Under the pieces are notes generated by a model. It saw only the letters and a program-made list of their open reading frames with translations, was not told where the DNA came from and ran no database searches. Source: Candidatus Omnitrophota bacterium (GTDB taxonomy: Bacteria > Omnitrophota > Gorgyraeia > Gygaellales > Profunditerraquicolaceae). From it: DNA of 64,000 bases. Below are positions 50,723-58,264 of the stretch, piece after piece. The stretch is from the NCBI GenBank assembly GCA_018895075.1, contig JAHIOW010000066.1:913-64912 (forward strand), given 5' to 3'. The position numbers and the translations under genes were made by a program. Positions within the stretch are counted from its first letter, which is position 1. Each line of letters starts with the position of its first letter.

Positions 50723-50780
50723 TTTCCCTCTTAACTTTCCTACTTTCCTTCAAAATGCCACAGAGTTTATCGTCCAATCA

Positions 50781-51146
50781 TTATTTATTCTGCATTTTTA
50801 TATCATATTCTCTTCTGTCTGTGGGCATAGCCGAACCAAAATCCCCCGCTCTGCCGTATTGAACTACTTTTCCATTCTCTAATGTTACCCAAAAATACTC
50901 TCTATCCCCCCAAGTCGAATCCCAAGTAGGATATAGAACATATTCTAAAATTTCTTTATTGGATTGCCCTTTGGAGGAAACGGGAGTTCCCATTATTTTT
51001 ATTACTTCTACCTTAGTCATACCTAAACTTATAAGGTTACTTCTTTTTGTGGTAGCACACCCACACAACCCCATAAGAGAAAGCGTTAATATACAACAAA
51101 GACAAGTCATTACTATTTTGGATATCTTACCCATAACACACCTCAC
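50781..51146 (-). CDS. Lipoprotein with SmpA/OmlA (BamE-like) domain
   Basis: Signal peptide plus lipobox (SLMGLCGC). GMTKVEVIKIMGTPVSS resembles the BamE-fold consensus. Confidence 0.5.
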   Translation of the reverse strand: MRCVMGKISKIVMTCLCCILTLSLMGLCGCATTKRSNLISLGMTKVEVIKIMGTPVSSKGQSNKEILEYVLYPTWDSTWGDREYFWVTLENGKVVQYGRAGDFGSAMPTDRREYDIKMQNK

Positions 51147-51169
51147 TTTTTCTTGCTCTTTATCTCTCC

Positions 51170-51319
51170 TTACCTTTCCACCAGCATCTCTGCCGCCTCT
51201 TCTAGATCTTCCGGAAACACGTCAACATAATACCTCAATGTCGTCGCCACATCTGAATACTCTAAATATTTACTTTTACGAAGCAAAAATTTGGGTGAGT
51301 GCCGTAAGGCACGAACCTT
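51170..51319 (-). pseudogene. Tyrosine recombinase (phage integrase) C-terminal fragment, remnant copy 1
   Basis: Start-less minus-strand frame KVRALRHSPKFLLRKSKYLEYSDVATTLRYYVDVFPEDLEEAAEMLVER*. It matches the integrase C-terminal box (compare the XerD copy in this window, LGHANISTTQIYTHI) including the catalytic Tyr position. Upstream it is truncated by a stop. Confidence 0.55.
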
Positions 51320-51329
51320 TTATGCTGTG

Positions 51330-51806
51330 TTAACCGACGCTCTTTATAAATTCAACCACTCCCCAAATTACCATGAGTGATAACACAAATAAAATAGTAG
51401 CATAAAGAACATAAAACCCCCAGCCCCATAAACGGGTACATAATGTGACCGGGTTTTCAGAGAACCATTCATCGGGAAATACTCTTTTGTTATCAACTAA
51501 CCATTTGTCTAATTCTAACTTCTTTTGAATCTTAACCTGAATATTTCTTGCCGTAAGATAGTTTAAATGACATTTCCCACAGTAATAAATTGTCCAAAGA
51601 TATAATGAAGTTACTACAACCGCCAAAACAATTTTGACCCATAAAAAAGGTATTTCTATTTTGTTTAACAAAAATAATCCGATAAAACCGAAATAAAAGG
51701 CTGATGTAAAAGTAAGTATCCTTATTGGCCAATCTCTATATCTGTTAATCTCTTCGATTAAAGGCGGGTGTATAAGCTTGAGTTTCTCTATATCATTCTC
51801 ATTCAT
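51330..51806 (-). CDS. Hypothetical membrane protein (3-4 TM helices)
   Basis: Hydrophobic segments FTSAFYFGFIGLFLL, IVLAVVVTSLYLWTIYY, FYVLYATILFVLSLMVIWGVV. Flanked by two copies of the integrase-remnant repeat. Confidence 0.45.
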   Translation of the reverse strand: MNENDIEKLKLIHPPLIEEINRYRDWPIRILTFTSAFYFGFIGLFLLNKIEIPFLWVKIVLAVVVTSLYLWTIYYCGKCHLNYLTARNIQVKIQKKLELDKWLVDNKRVFPDEWFSENPVTLCTRLWGWGFYVLYATILFVLSLMVIWGVVEFIKSVG

Positions 51807-51899
51807 TTTATGGATCTCCCTTAAGAATGTCGGCTAACTTCAAATAACCGAACTACTTCGTCTATGCTCCCAAATTGGCATATTTTGCGAAGTATTTTG

Positions 51900-51990
51900 T
51901 CACTTCTGTGCCAGCATCTCTGTTGTCTCTTCTAGATCTTCCGGAAACACATACACATAACGCCTTAACTAATCACGCATCTGAATGTTT
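51900..51990 (-). pseudogene. Tyrosine recombinase C-terminal fragment, remnant copy 2 (frameshifted)
   Basis: LRRYVYVFPEDLEETTEMLAQK*. About 50 nt are near-identical to 51186..51236, and the upstream part is frameshifted relative to copy 1. Confidence 0.45.
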
Positions 51991-52030
51991 TAGATCTTGA
52001 GAATGACCTACCTTAAATTCTTTTGCGATG

Positions 52031-52375
52031 TTATGTAACATCCTTTAGAATTTGTTCCACCTCTGCTTTTAGCGTCGGAATATCTTTTCTTGTCGTAGAC
52101 CAAACTGCATTGATATCTACTCCAAAGTAATCATGAATAAGCTTATCTCGCATTCCTGCTATGTCTTTCCAGGGGATATTGGGGTATTTGTTTCGTATGG
52201 TAGAGGAAATCCTTTTAGCTGCTTCTCCAATGATTTCGGTCTGCCGAATGACCCCGTCTTGAAGAAGCATGGTCTTGGTAAAAGTCTCCTCATTAACCCC
52301 GGAAAGATATCCTTCAATTCTAGCAATCGCATCTAAAATATGCTTTAGGTATATTGTATCATCCCGCTCTTTCAT
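52031..52375 (-). CDS. hepT: HepT-like (DUF86, HEPN) toxin of a HepT/MNT toxin-antitoxin pair
   Basis: R-x4-H-x-Y motif RDKLIHDY. 114 aa, 17-nt overlap with the upstream MNT gene. Confidence 0.8.
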   Translation of the reverse strand: MKERDDTIYLKHILDAIARIEGYLSGVNEETFTKTMLLQDGVIRQTEIIGEAAKRISSTIRNKYPNIPWKDIAGMRDKLIHDYFGVDINAVWSTTRKDIPTLKAEVEQILKDVT

Positions 52376-52655
52376 AAACTACCTCCATCTCATTTTTAAT
52401 CCTGTCTTTTAAATACGGGCTGATAGAGGCTTCGGTTAATAAATCTGCCTTTCTGCCCAAAACCTCTGAAAGCACTCTTTCAATCCTTACAATATCGAGC
52501 AAACTCTTAGGCTTAGAAAAACGAGCTAAAAGATCAATATCGCTCTCTTCTGTAAAGTCACCTGTTACAAAAGAGCCAAATATTGCCAAGAATACAATGT
52601 CATTATTTTTGCATATTTCGAGTAACTTCTTTTTATTATTAATAGCACCTCTCAT
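52359..52655 (-). CDS. mntA: Minimal nucleotidyltransferase (MNT) antitoxin
   Basis: [17 protein letters not shown] nucleotidyltransferase motif (GS...D.D). 98 aa. Confidence 0.8.
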   Translation of the reverse strand: MRGAINNKKKLLEICKNNDIVFLAIFGSFVTGDFTEESDIDLLARFSKPKSLLDIVRIERVLSEVLGRKADLLTEASISPYLKDRIKNEMEVVYERAG

Positions 52656-52716
52656 AATCTCCTCTTTTTATCTGATGTTGCTCTCTTTCTCTTCTAAAAA
52701 TCCACCAAGTCAAATC

Positions 52717-52794
52717 TGGTCGGGGAGGTGGGACTTGAACCCACGACCTTTTGGTCCCGAACCAAACGCGCTACCAAACTGCGCTACTCCCCGA
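52717..52794 (-). tRNA. tRNA-Pro (anticodon CGG)
   Basis: Minus-strand sequence TCGGGGAGTAGCGCAGTTTGGTAGCGCGTTTGGTTCGGGACCAAAAGGTCGTGGGTTCAAGTCCCACCTCCCCGACCA. It has a 7-bp acceptor stem, D and T arms, GTTCAAGTCC T-loop, anticodon loop TTCGGGA, encoded CCA, and close similarity to bacterial tRNA-Pro. Confidence 0.85.
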
Positions 52795-52859
52795 ATAATC
52801 ACTTAAATCTTAAATAACTCAAGTATTTTAGATAAGTATAACAGAAATCAGAAAGGTAA

Positions 52860-53107
52860 GCAATAATAATGCTTATTTCGCGGCGAAGTTAACATAAGTG
52901 AGTGCACAATTTATGGAACGACAGTGTCCGCCGAAGGACGGATCAGCCTTCGACTGAAACATAAATTGTCTGCACGAACTTACCCCTCACTCAGAAAACC
53001 ATAGATTTCTTTGCTGCTGGCTGAGTGAGGGGTTAAATTCAGACATACAACTTACGTCATTTCATTCCGTAAGTTGTGTCTTCATTTAACACAAGTTATC
53101 GGAGGTA
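52860..53107. repeat. Mosaic multi-hairpin repeat element, long copy A (between tRNA-Pro and ribE)
   Basis: cataagtgagtgcacaatttatgg...tccgccgaaggacgga...cataaattgtctgcacgaacttac-CCCCTCACTCAG..CTGAGTGAGGGG-ttaaattcagacatacaacttacgtcatttcattccgtaagttgtgtcttcatttaaca. Confidence 0.7.
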
Positions 53108-53677
53108 TTAACTCTTTTGCTTAAGGAGGTCGAATTCGATATTGACCTTATCTGATGGTCCCTTAAACCCAAGGGTAGTGTTTTTAAGGGTGTGCGGAAT
53201 TATATATATACTGAAGGTATTGGATTTTTTCTCTGCAATAGTAAGACTTATCCCATCAACCGCAATAGAGCCCCGGGGTAAAATATACCCTATAAATTTT
53301 GGGGGGAAGGCAATCTCAAAACAAAAATTATTATTAATATAACTTTTCTTACGGATAATCCCTATACAATCAACATGCCCGCTAACAAAATGTCCAGAAA
53401 GCCTGTCCCCTATTCTTAAAGCGCGCTCTAAATTTACCTTATCTCTAATTCTTAATGGCCCTAAATCTGTAATCTCAAGGGTCTTGGGCATAACTTCAAA
53501 ACTTAAGGTATCTTTTTCCTTTTTTATGACCGTAAGGCAGGTACCATTTACAGAAATACTATCGCCGACCCCGGTATCCTCCAGTGTCTTTTCTGCCTTG
53601 ATTTCCAAGAGCGTGACTGCACCCCGCCTAGATATCCTTCTGATTTGGCCTAATTCTTCAACAATCCCACTAAACAT
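53108..53677 (-). CDS. ribE: Riboflavin synthase (alpha subunit)
   Basis: MFSGIVEELGQI... N-terminus (the ORF table starts 4 codons earlier at 53689; Met 53677 fits the family). Duplicated lumazine-binding repeats. Confidence 0.85.
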   Translation of the reverse strand: MFSGIVEELGQIRRISRRGAVTLLEIKAEKTLEDTGVGDSISVNGTCLTVIKKEKDTLSFEVMPKTLEITDLGPLRIRDKVNLERALRIGDRLSGHFVSGHVDCIGIIRKKSYINNNFCFEIAFPPKFIGYILPRGSIAVDGISLTIAEKKSNTFSIYIIPHTLKNTTLGFKGPSDKVNIEFDLLKQKS

Positions 53678-53689
53678 AAGTAAGTGCAC

Positions 53690-53863
53690 AATTTATGGAG
53701 CGAAAGCGTCCGCCGAAGGCGGATCAGCCTGCGGCTGAAACATAACTTATTTGGCCGAACTTACCCCGCACCAATTTGTGATTAATGACGTATCCATTAC
53801 AAATTAGTGCGGGGTTAAATTCAGACATACAACTTACTTCATTTCATTCCGTAAGTTGTGTCT
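53690..53863. repeat. Mosaic multi-hairpin repeat element, long copy B (between ribE and ribD)
   Basis: Collinear with copy A over cataagtaagtgcacaatttatgg...tccgccgaaggcgga...gaacttac and ttaaattcagacatacaacttac(t)tcatttcattccgtaagttgtgtcttcatttaaca. The central hairpin is replaced by CCCCGCACCAATTTGT..ACAAATTAGTGCGGGG. Confidence 0.7.
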
Positions 53864-54961
53864 TCATTTAACATATCCTTCTACTAAGAAATCTCCGCCT
53901 AGGCGTGTTAATTTAACATCTTTTAATTTAACTGCCTTCTCTATCCGCGCTATACCCTTACCCATTACTGAACTAATCGCTTCTTTACCGCCAATAATCT
54001 TGGGGCTTATAAAAAATAACACCTTATCCACAAGGCCCTCATCAAATAAAGAACCGATTAAAGTCCCTCCGCCTTCAACCAGAATATTGCTGATTCCCAT
54101 GCGCGCTAGTTTCTTCATCATATCCTTTAAATTTATCTGTCCTTCTTTCTCTTTCGCTTCTAAAATCCTGGCCTGAGCAGCTAACAATCCCCTATTCTCT
54201 GTTTCCTGGCCGACCTCCTCCGTTAAGGTAACAATGATGACGGAACTATTTTTTGAAAATATTTTTGCCTCCTGCGGAGTGCTCAACTGGCTGTCCACGA
54301 TAATCTTCTGCGGCTGTCGTCTTGAAAACCATGCCTCCAGAGCCGGATTATCCCTTAAAATAGTATTTACACCCACTATTATGGCATCATAATTTTGACG
54401 CAAGCGGTGGGCATAAGTACGCGCCTTATCTGAAGTTATCCATTTAGAATCAGCGGTCTTAGTGGCAATCTTACCGTCTAAAGATTGGGCTACTTTGACT
54501 GTAACAAAGGGCACCCTTTGAGTAATATATTTTATAAAGACCTCGTTCTGCGCCTTTAATTTGTCTTCTAAGAAGCCCACCTTCACTTTGATCCCGTGTT
54601 GCCTAAGCATATTGATTGCGCCTCCATTAGTTAGAGGATTAGGATCAATCATGCCTATTATAACTTCTCTTATTCCACTCCTTACAATTTTATCCACGCA
54701 AGGCGGGGTCTTGCCGAAATGTACACAGGGCTCCAGCGTCACATACAAAGTAGCGCCTTTTGCAAGTCTTCCTGCATCATCTAAAGCAATTGCCTCTGCA
54801 TGAGCAAGGCCTGCCTTATGATGATAGCCTCGGCCTACAACGCGGCCATTCTTTACTATCATGGCGCCTACCAGAGGATTAGGATAAGTCTGACCTTTTG
54901 CTTTTTCAGCCAGCCTCATTGCCAGGTTCATAAAGTAGACGTGGTCTTTTTTATATTTCAT
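53864..54961 (-). CDS. ribD: Bifunctional diaminohydroxyphosphoribosylaminopyrimidine deaminase / 5-amino-6-(5-phosphoribosylamino)uracil reductase
   Basis: Deaminase motifs HAEAIAL and PCVHFGKTPPC. C-terminal reductase domain. Start is probably Met 54961 (MKYKKDHVYFMNLA), giving a 4-nt overlap with the upstream gene rather than the 55054 start in the ORF table. Confidence 0.85.
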   Translation of the reverse strand: MKYKKDHVYFMNLAMRLAEKAKGQTYPNPLVGAMIVKNGRVVGRGYHHKAGLAHAEAIALDDAGRLAKGATLYVTLEPCVHFGKTPPCVDKIVRSGIREVIIGMIDPNPLTNGGAINMLRQHGIKVKVGFLEDKLKAQNEVFIKYITQRVPFVTVKVAQSLDGKIATKTADSKWITSDKARTYAHRLRQNYDAIIVGVNTILRDNPALEAWFSRRQPQKIIVDSQLSTPQEAKIFSKNSSVIIVTLTEEVGQETENRGLLAAQARILEAKEKEGQINLKDMMKKLARMGISNILVEGGGTLIGSLFDEGLVDKVLFFISPKIIGGKEAISSVMGKGIARIEKAVKLKDVKLTRLGGDFLVEGYVK

Positions 54962-55779
54962 AACTCTTTTCTTGCTTCCTTTAGTCTTTCTACCAGTACA
55001 TAGGGTATCTTTATGGATCCTATCTTGACTGCTGGTTTTGCCAGGCCATGACAATCAGAGCCACCGGTAACTAATAAATTAAATTTTTTGGCTAAATCAA
55101 GATAAAAATTCACCATTGACTGGGTATGCTCAGGATAATATACTTCTAAACCCATAAGCCCATAATCAATAAACCGGGATATTAACTCATCTCTGTTAAC
55201 AGTATAGGGATGTGCCAAGACTGGTATACCGCCTGCGTCCCTGATTAATTTTATGGCCTCCTGGGTTGATAATTTAAAATCCAGGACACAGGCAGGGCAT
55301 TTATCACCGATATATTTTCTAAAAGCCTCTGCGGTAGAGCTTATCTGGCCAACTTTTACCATTGCCTGGGCAATATGCAGCCTACTTACTATACCGCCTC
55401 TGGCCATCGCAAATACAGCTTTGGGTTCTAATTCTATATTCATACCTTTTAGTTTATCTATTATTTTATAGGCGCGTTCAATGCGGTTTTTCTTCAAAGA
55501 ATCTAATTCTCCCATCAGCCTCTTATTTTTGTAATCAATTAAATAACCTAGAATGTGTATCTCTTTGCCGTCGTACTCGCTACTAAGTTCTATACCGGCT
55601 AAGACCTCTATGTTTTTTGATTTGGCTGCCTTAAAAGTAGCCTCAACTCCATCAACTGTATCATGATCAACAAGGCCAATTGCAGATAGGTCTCTCTTGG
55701 AGGCCTCTAAGATAAGTTCCTGGGGCGTATATGTACCATCAGAGAAAAGAGTATGCAGGTGCAGATCAGCAAATCTCAT
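54958..55779 (-). CDS. PHP-domain phosphoesterase (TrpH/YciV-like)
   Basis: MRFADLHLHTLFSDGT...GLVDHDTVDG polymerase-and-histidinol-phosphatase motifs. Confidence 0.7.
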   Translation of the reverse strand: MRFADLHLHTLFSDGTYTPQELILEASKRDLSAIGLVDHDTVDGVEATFKAAKSKNIEVLAGIELSSEYDGKEIHILGYLIDYKNKRLMGELDSLKKNRIERAYKIIDKLKGMNIELEPKAVFAMARGGIVSRLHIAQAMVKVGQISSTAEAFRKYIGDKCPACVLDFKLSTQEAIKLIRDAGGIPVLAHPYTVNRDELISRFIDYGLMGLEVYYPEHTQSMVNFYLDLAKKFNLLVTGGSDCHGLAKPAVKIGSIKIPYVLVERLKEARKEL

Positions 55780-56209
55780 CGGTTTTTCTTTCTAATTTTA
55801 CTTTATCCAGAATGCCATTGACGAATTTGGATGCCTCCAGGCTAGAGTATTTTTTGGCAAGCTCCACTGCCTCATTTATAGAGACTTTGAGAGGGATATC
55901 GTGACAAAACATAAGTTCAAAACTCCCCAGGCGTAATATATTCTTATCTACAACTGCGATACGCGACAGTTGCCAGTTAGTAGCATATTGACTGATCTTT
56001 ATATCAATTTTTTCTAAATTGCCTCTAACTCCTTTGACAAGTTGAGAAGTGAAATTCTTCACCTCCTCTTCTATATTCTCTTTAGCCTGCGCCTGCCAGA
56101 AATTACTCAAAGAAACTTCATAGCTGTCCTGGGAGATATCCATCTGGTAAAGAATCTGTAAGGCAAATTCACGCGCCTTTGTACGTTTACGCATATTTAA
56201 TGAGCGCAT
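55766..56209 (-). CDS. nusB: Transcription antitermination factor NusB
   Basis: KAREFALQILYQMDI N-terminus, all-helical NusB fold, in rib context. Confidence 0.85.
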   Translation of the reverse strand: MRSLNMRKRTKAREFALQILYQMDISQDSYEVSLSNFWQAQAKENIEEEVKNFTSQLVKGVRGNLEKIDIKISQYATNWQLSRIAVVDKNILRLGSFELMFCHDIPLKVSINEAVELAKKYSSLEASKFVNGILDKVKLERKTDEIC

Positions 56210-56276
56210 AACTTACGGAATGAAATGACGTAAGTTATATGCGCGAATTTAATCCGCCGAAGGCGGATATCCATAT
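56210..56276. repeat. Short mosaic repeat element (GCGCATAACTTACG-GAATGAAATGA-CGTAAGTTAT hairpin plus GAATTTAA-TCCGCCGAAGGCGGA)
   Basis: The loop GAATGAAATGA is the reverse complement of the loop TCATTTCATTC in copies A and B. The stems covary (GCGCATAACTTACG vs GACATACAACTTACG). Confidence 0.6.
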
Positions 56277-56750
56277 TTACTTAATCTGGGTTAATAGATT
56301 TACCATCTCAATAGCGCTTAATGCAGCATCCCGGCCTTTATTGCCTTCTTTTGTCCCTGAGCGTTCAATTGCCTGTTCAATAGTATCGACAGTAATAATC
56401 CCAAAGATTACTGGTAGGCCTGTGTCCTGGCTAACTCTGGCTACGCCTTTGGCTGCCTCTTGGGCAATATACTCAAAATGAGGGGTTGAACCACGGATAA
56501 TAGTACCTAAGCAAATCAAGGCATCAAAGGATTTAGACTTAGCAATTTTCTGGGCAACAGTGACAATCTCAAATGCACCGGGAACCCAGGTAACTACCAA
56601 GTCCTCTTCTTGCGCCGCGTGCCTCTTCAATGTATCCAGGCACCCAGAAACTAATTCCTTAGTGATAAAATCATTGAAGCGCGAAGCAATAATAGCGAAT
56701 TTTTTACCCTTGGCAATGAAATTTCCTTCTATTACTTTAACCATATACAT
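56277..56750 (-). CDS. ribH: 6,7-dimethyl-8-ribityllumazine synthase
   Basis: [11 protein letters not shown]..., 157 aa, lumazine synthase fold. Confidence 0.9.
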   Translation of the reverse strand: MYMVKVIEGNFIAKGKKFAIIASRFNDFITKELVSGCLDTLKRHAAQEEDLVVTWVPGAFEIVTVAQKIAKSKSFDALICLGTIIRGSTPHFEYIAQEAAKGVARVSQDTGLPVIFGIITVDTIEQAIERSGTKEGNKGRDAALSAIEMVNLLTQIK

Positions 56751-56929
56751 CTACCTCCTTTCTTAAATGAGCACATAACCCCGAAACTTCGGGGTTATGT
56801 GTGCGAATTTAACCCGATAGCAACGAGAAAATTTAGAATAAATTTTCGAAGTGTTTTGCTATCGGGATAGTTCGGACACATAACTTATGTCGTCCCGAGA
56901 TTTTGAGACTCCATAAGTTATGTCCTCAC
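56751..56929. repeat. Mosaic repeat element (CATAACCCCGAAACTTCGGGGTTATG hairpin; GAATTTAAC-CCGATAGCAA..TTGCTATCGGG-ATAGTTCGGAC; CATAACTTATG..CATAAGTTATGTCCTCAC)
   Basis: Same GAATTTAAC...TTCGGAC frame as other copies but a different central hairpin. Ends with the 18-nt motif CATAAGTTATGTCCTCAC abutting the ribBA stop codon. Confidence 0.6.
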
Positions 56930-58150
56930 TTATATTTTTAAATAGTGGCCTAATTTTTCTTTTTTAGTCTTAAGGTACCGGTAATTTAAGGGATTAGGTT
57001 TGATCTCTAAAGGAATACGTTCAACGACGTTGAGGCCATAACCTTTTAATCCTACGATCTTGCGTGGATTATTAGTAAGAAGCCTGATATTCTTAATCCC
57101 TAAATCCACCAAAATCTGCGCCCCTATCCCGTAATCCCGCAAGTCCGGCTTGTGCCCTAAGGCCTCATTTGCCTGGATCGTATCTAATCCTTTATCTTGT
57201 AAACCATAGGCGCGGATTTTATCGATCAGCCCAATACCGCGGCCTTCCTGGCTCATATAAAGAATGGCTCCTTTCTTCTCTCTTGCGATAATCTCCATAG
57301 CCTTCTTCAGTTGCCTCCCGCAATCACAACGTAAAGAACCAAATACATCACCGGTAAGGCATTCAGAATGTACACGCACCAACACTGCCGGATCGCCTAA
57401 TTCGCCCATTGTCAGGGCAATATGAAAATGGTTATTGGTTAGGTCTCGATATAAAATTAATTTGAATGTTCCGAATTCTGTGGGAATAACTGTTTCAGAA
57501 ATCCTCTCAATCAATTTTTCAATCTGCCTTCGGTATTGAATAATGTCAGCGATAGAACAAATCTTTAGATTATGCTGCTGGGCAAAACCAAGTAGCTGTT
57601 TAAGCCTTGCCATTGTGCCATCGTCATTCATAATCTCGCATATTACGCCCGCAGGATAAAGTCCACACAAGCGCATCAGGTCTACTGTTGCCTCGGTATG
57701 ACCTGCCCTGACCAAAACACCGCCTTTCTGTGCTTTTAAAGGAAAGATATGGCCTGGACGAATAAGGTCATCGGGTTTGCTCTGAGTATCAATGAGCGCC
57801 TCTATGGTCCTGGCGCGATCATAGGCAGAAATACCTGTAGTGATTCCTCTGGCAGCGTCTACTGATACTATCCAGGCAGTAGAGAAAGGGTCTTTTATAT
57901 TTGGTGTTCTTTTATCTCTGACCATTGCCTGTAAAGACAACTCATTTAATCTTTGTTCTTCCATCGGCACACAAATGAGCCCTCTGCCACTCTTAGCCAT
58001 AAAATTTATATCTTCCGGCCTAACAAAGGAAGCGGCCATTACCAGGTCACCTTCGTTCTCGCGGTCCTGGTCATCCGCCACAATAACCATTCGGCCTGAT
58101 TTCAAATCCTCTAGTATCTCTGGAATAGAATTAAACATAAGTGAGTGCAC
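56930..58150 (-). CDS. ribBA: Bifunctional 3,4-dihydroxy-2-butanone-4-phosphate synthase / GTP cyclohydrolase II
   Basis: DHBP synthase motif DRENEGDLVMAA. GTP cyclohydrolase II zinc cysteines (ECLTGD...CDCG). Confidence 0.9.
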   Translation of the reverse strand: MHSLMFNSIPEILEDLKSGRMVIVADDQDRENEGDLVMAASFVRPEDINFMAKSGRGLICVPMEEQRLNELSLQAMVRDKRTPNIKDPFSTAWIVSVDAARGITTGISAYDRARTIEALIDTQSKPDDLIRPGHIFPLKAQKGGVLVRAGHTEATVDLMRLCGLYPAGVICEIMNDDGTMARLKQLLGFAQQHNLKICSIADIIQYRRQIEKLIERISETVIPTEFGTFKLILYRDLTNNHFHIALTMGELGDPAVLVRVHSECLTGDVFGSLRCDCGRQLKKAMEIIAREKKGAILYMSQEGRGIGLIDKIRAYGLQDKGLDTIQANEALGHKPDLRDYGIGAQILVDLGIKNIRLLTNNPRKIVGLKGYGLNVVERIPLEIKPNPLNYRYLKTKKEKLGHYLKI

Positions 58151-58190
58151 AATTTACAGAACGCAAGTGAATGTAAATTGTCTGCTCATT

Positions 58191-58215
58191 AAAAAAACCC
58201 GAAGAAATCTTCGGG
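58191..58215 (-). terminator. Rho-independent terminator (attenuator of the FMN riboswitch leader)
   Basis: Minus-strand RNA reads GACCCGAAGAUUUCUUCGGGUUUUUUUAAU, a 7-bp GC-rich stem plus a U7 tract, between the riboswitch and the ribBA start. Confidence 0.65.
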
Positions 58216-58264
58216 TCAGTGATATTTCGCCATACTGCCTGGCGAGCCCGCCACGTTTTGTGGC

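Noticed and set aside
50959-51333. 124-aa plus-strand ORF between the lipoprotein and membrane-protein genes
   Set aside because: It spans the integrase-remnant repeat. The minus-strand reading of the same DNA gives a recognisable recombinase C-terminus.
51532-51732. 66-aa minus-strand ORF nested in 51330..51806
   Set aside because: It is an alternative frame fully inside a longer ORF on the same strand.
52597-52806. 69-aa plus-strand ORF
   Set aside because: It overlaps the minus-strand tRNA-Pro gene and the MNT gene end, so it is a spurious ORF.
53678-53689. ribE start at 53689 (MHLLMFSG...)
   Set aside because: The conserved riboflavin synthase N-terminus begins at MFSG(I/T)(V/I)EE, so Met 53677 was preferred. 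This is uncertain without RBS scoring.
54962-55054. ribD start at 55054 giving a 96-nt overlap with the PHP gene
   Set aside because: The extension encodes a basic, non-conserved leader. Internal Met 54961 gives the usual 4-nt ATGA overlap and a canonical deaminase N-terminus.
56912-56929. GAGGA inside GTGAGGACATAAGTTATG as a Shine-Dalgarno plus start codon for a small ORF
   Set aside because: There is no plausible downstream ORF, and the distance to the next real start (ribH, rbfA, murD) is too long. The motif is better explained as a repeat-family arm.
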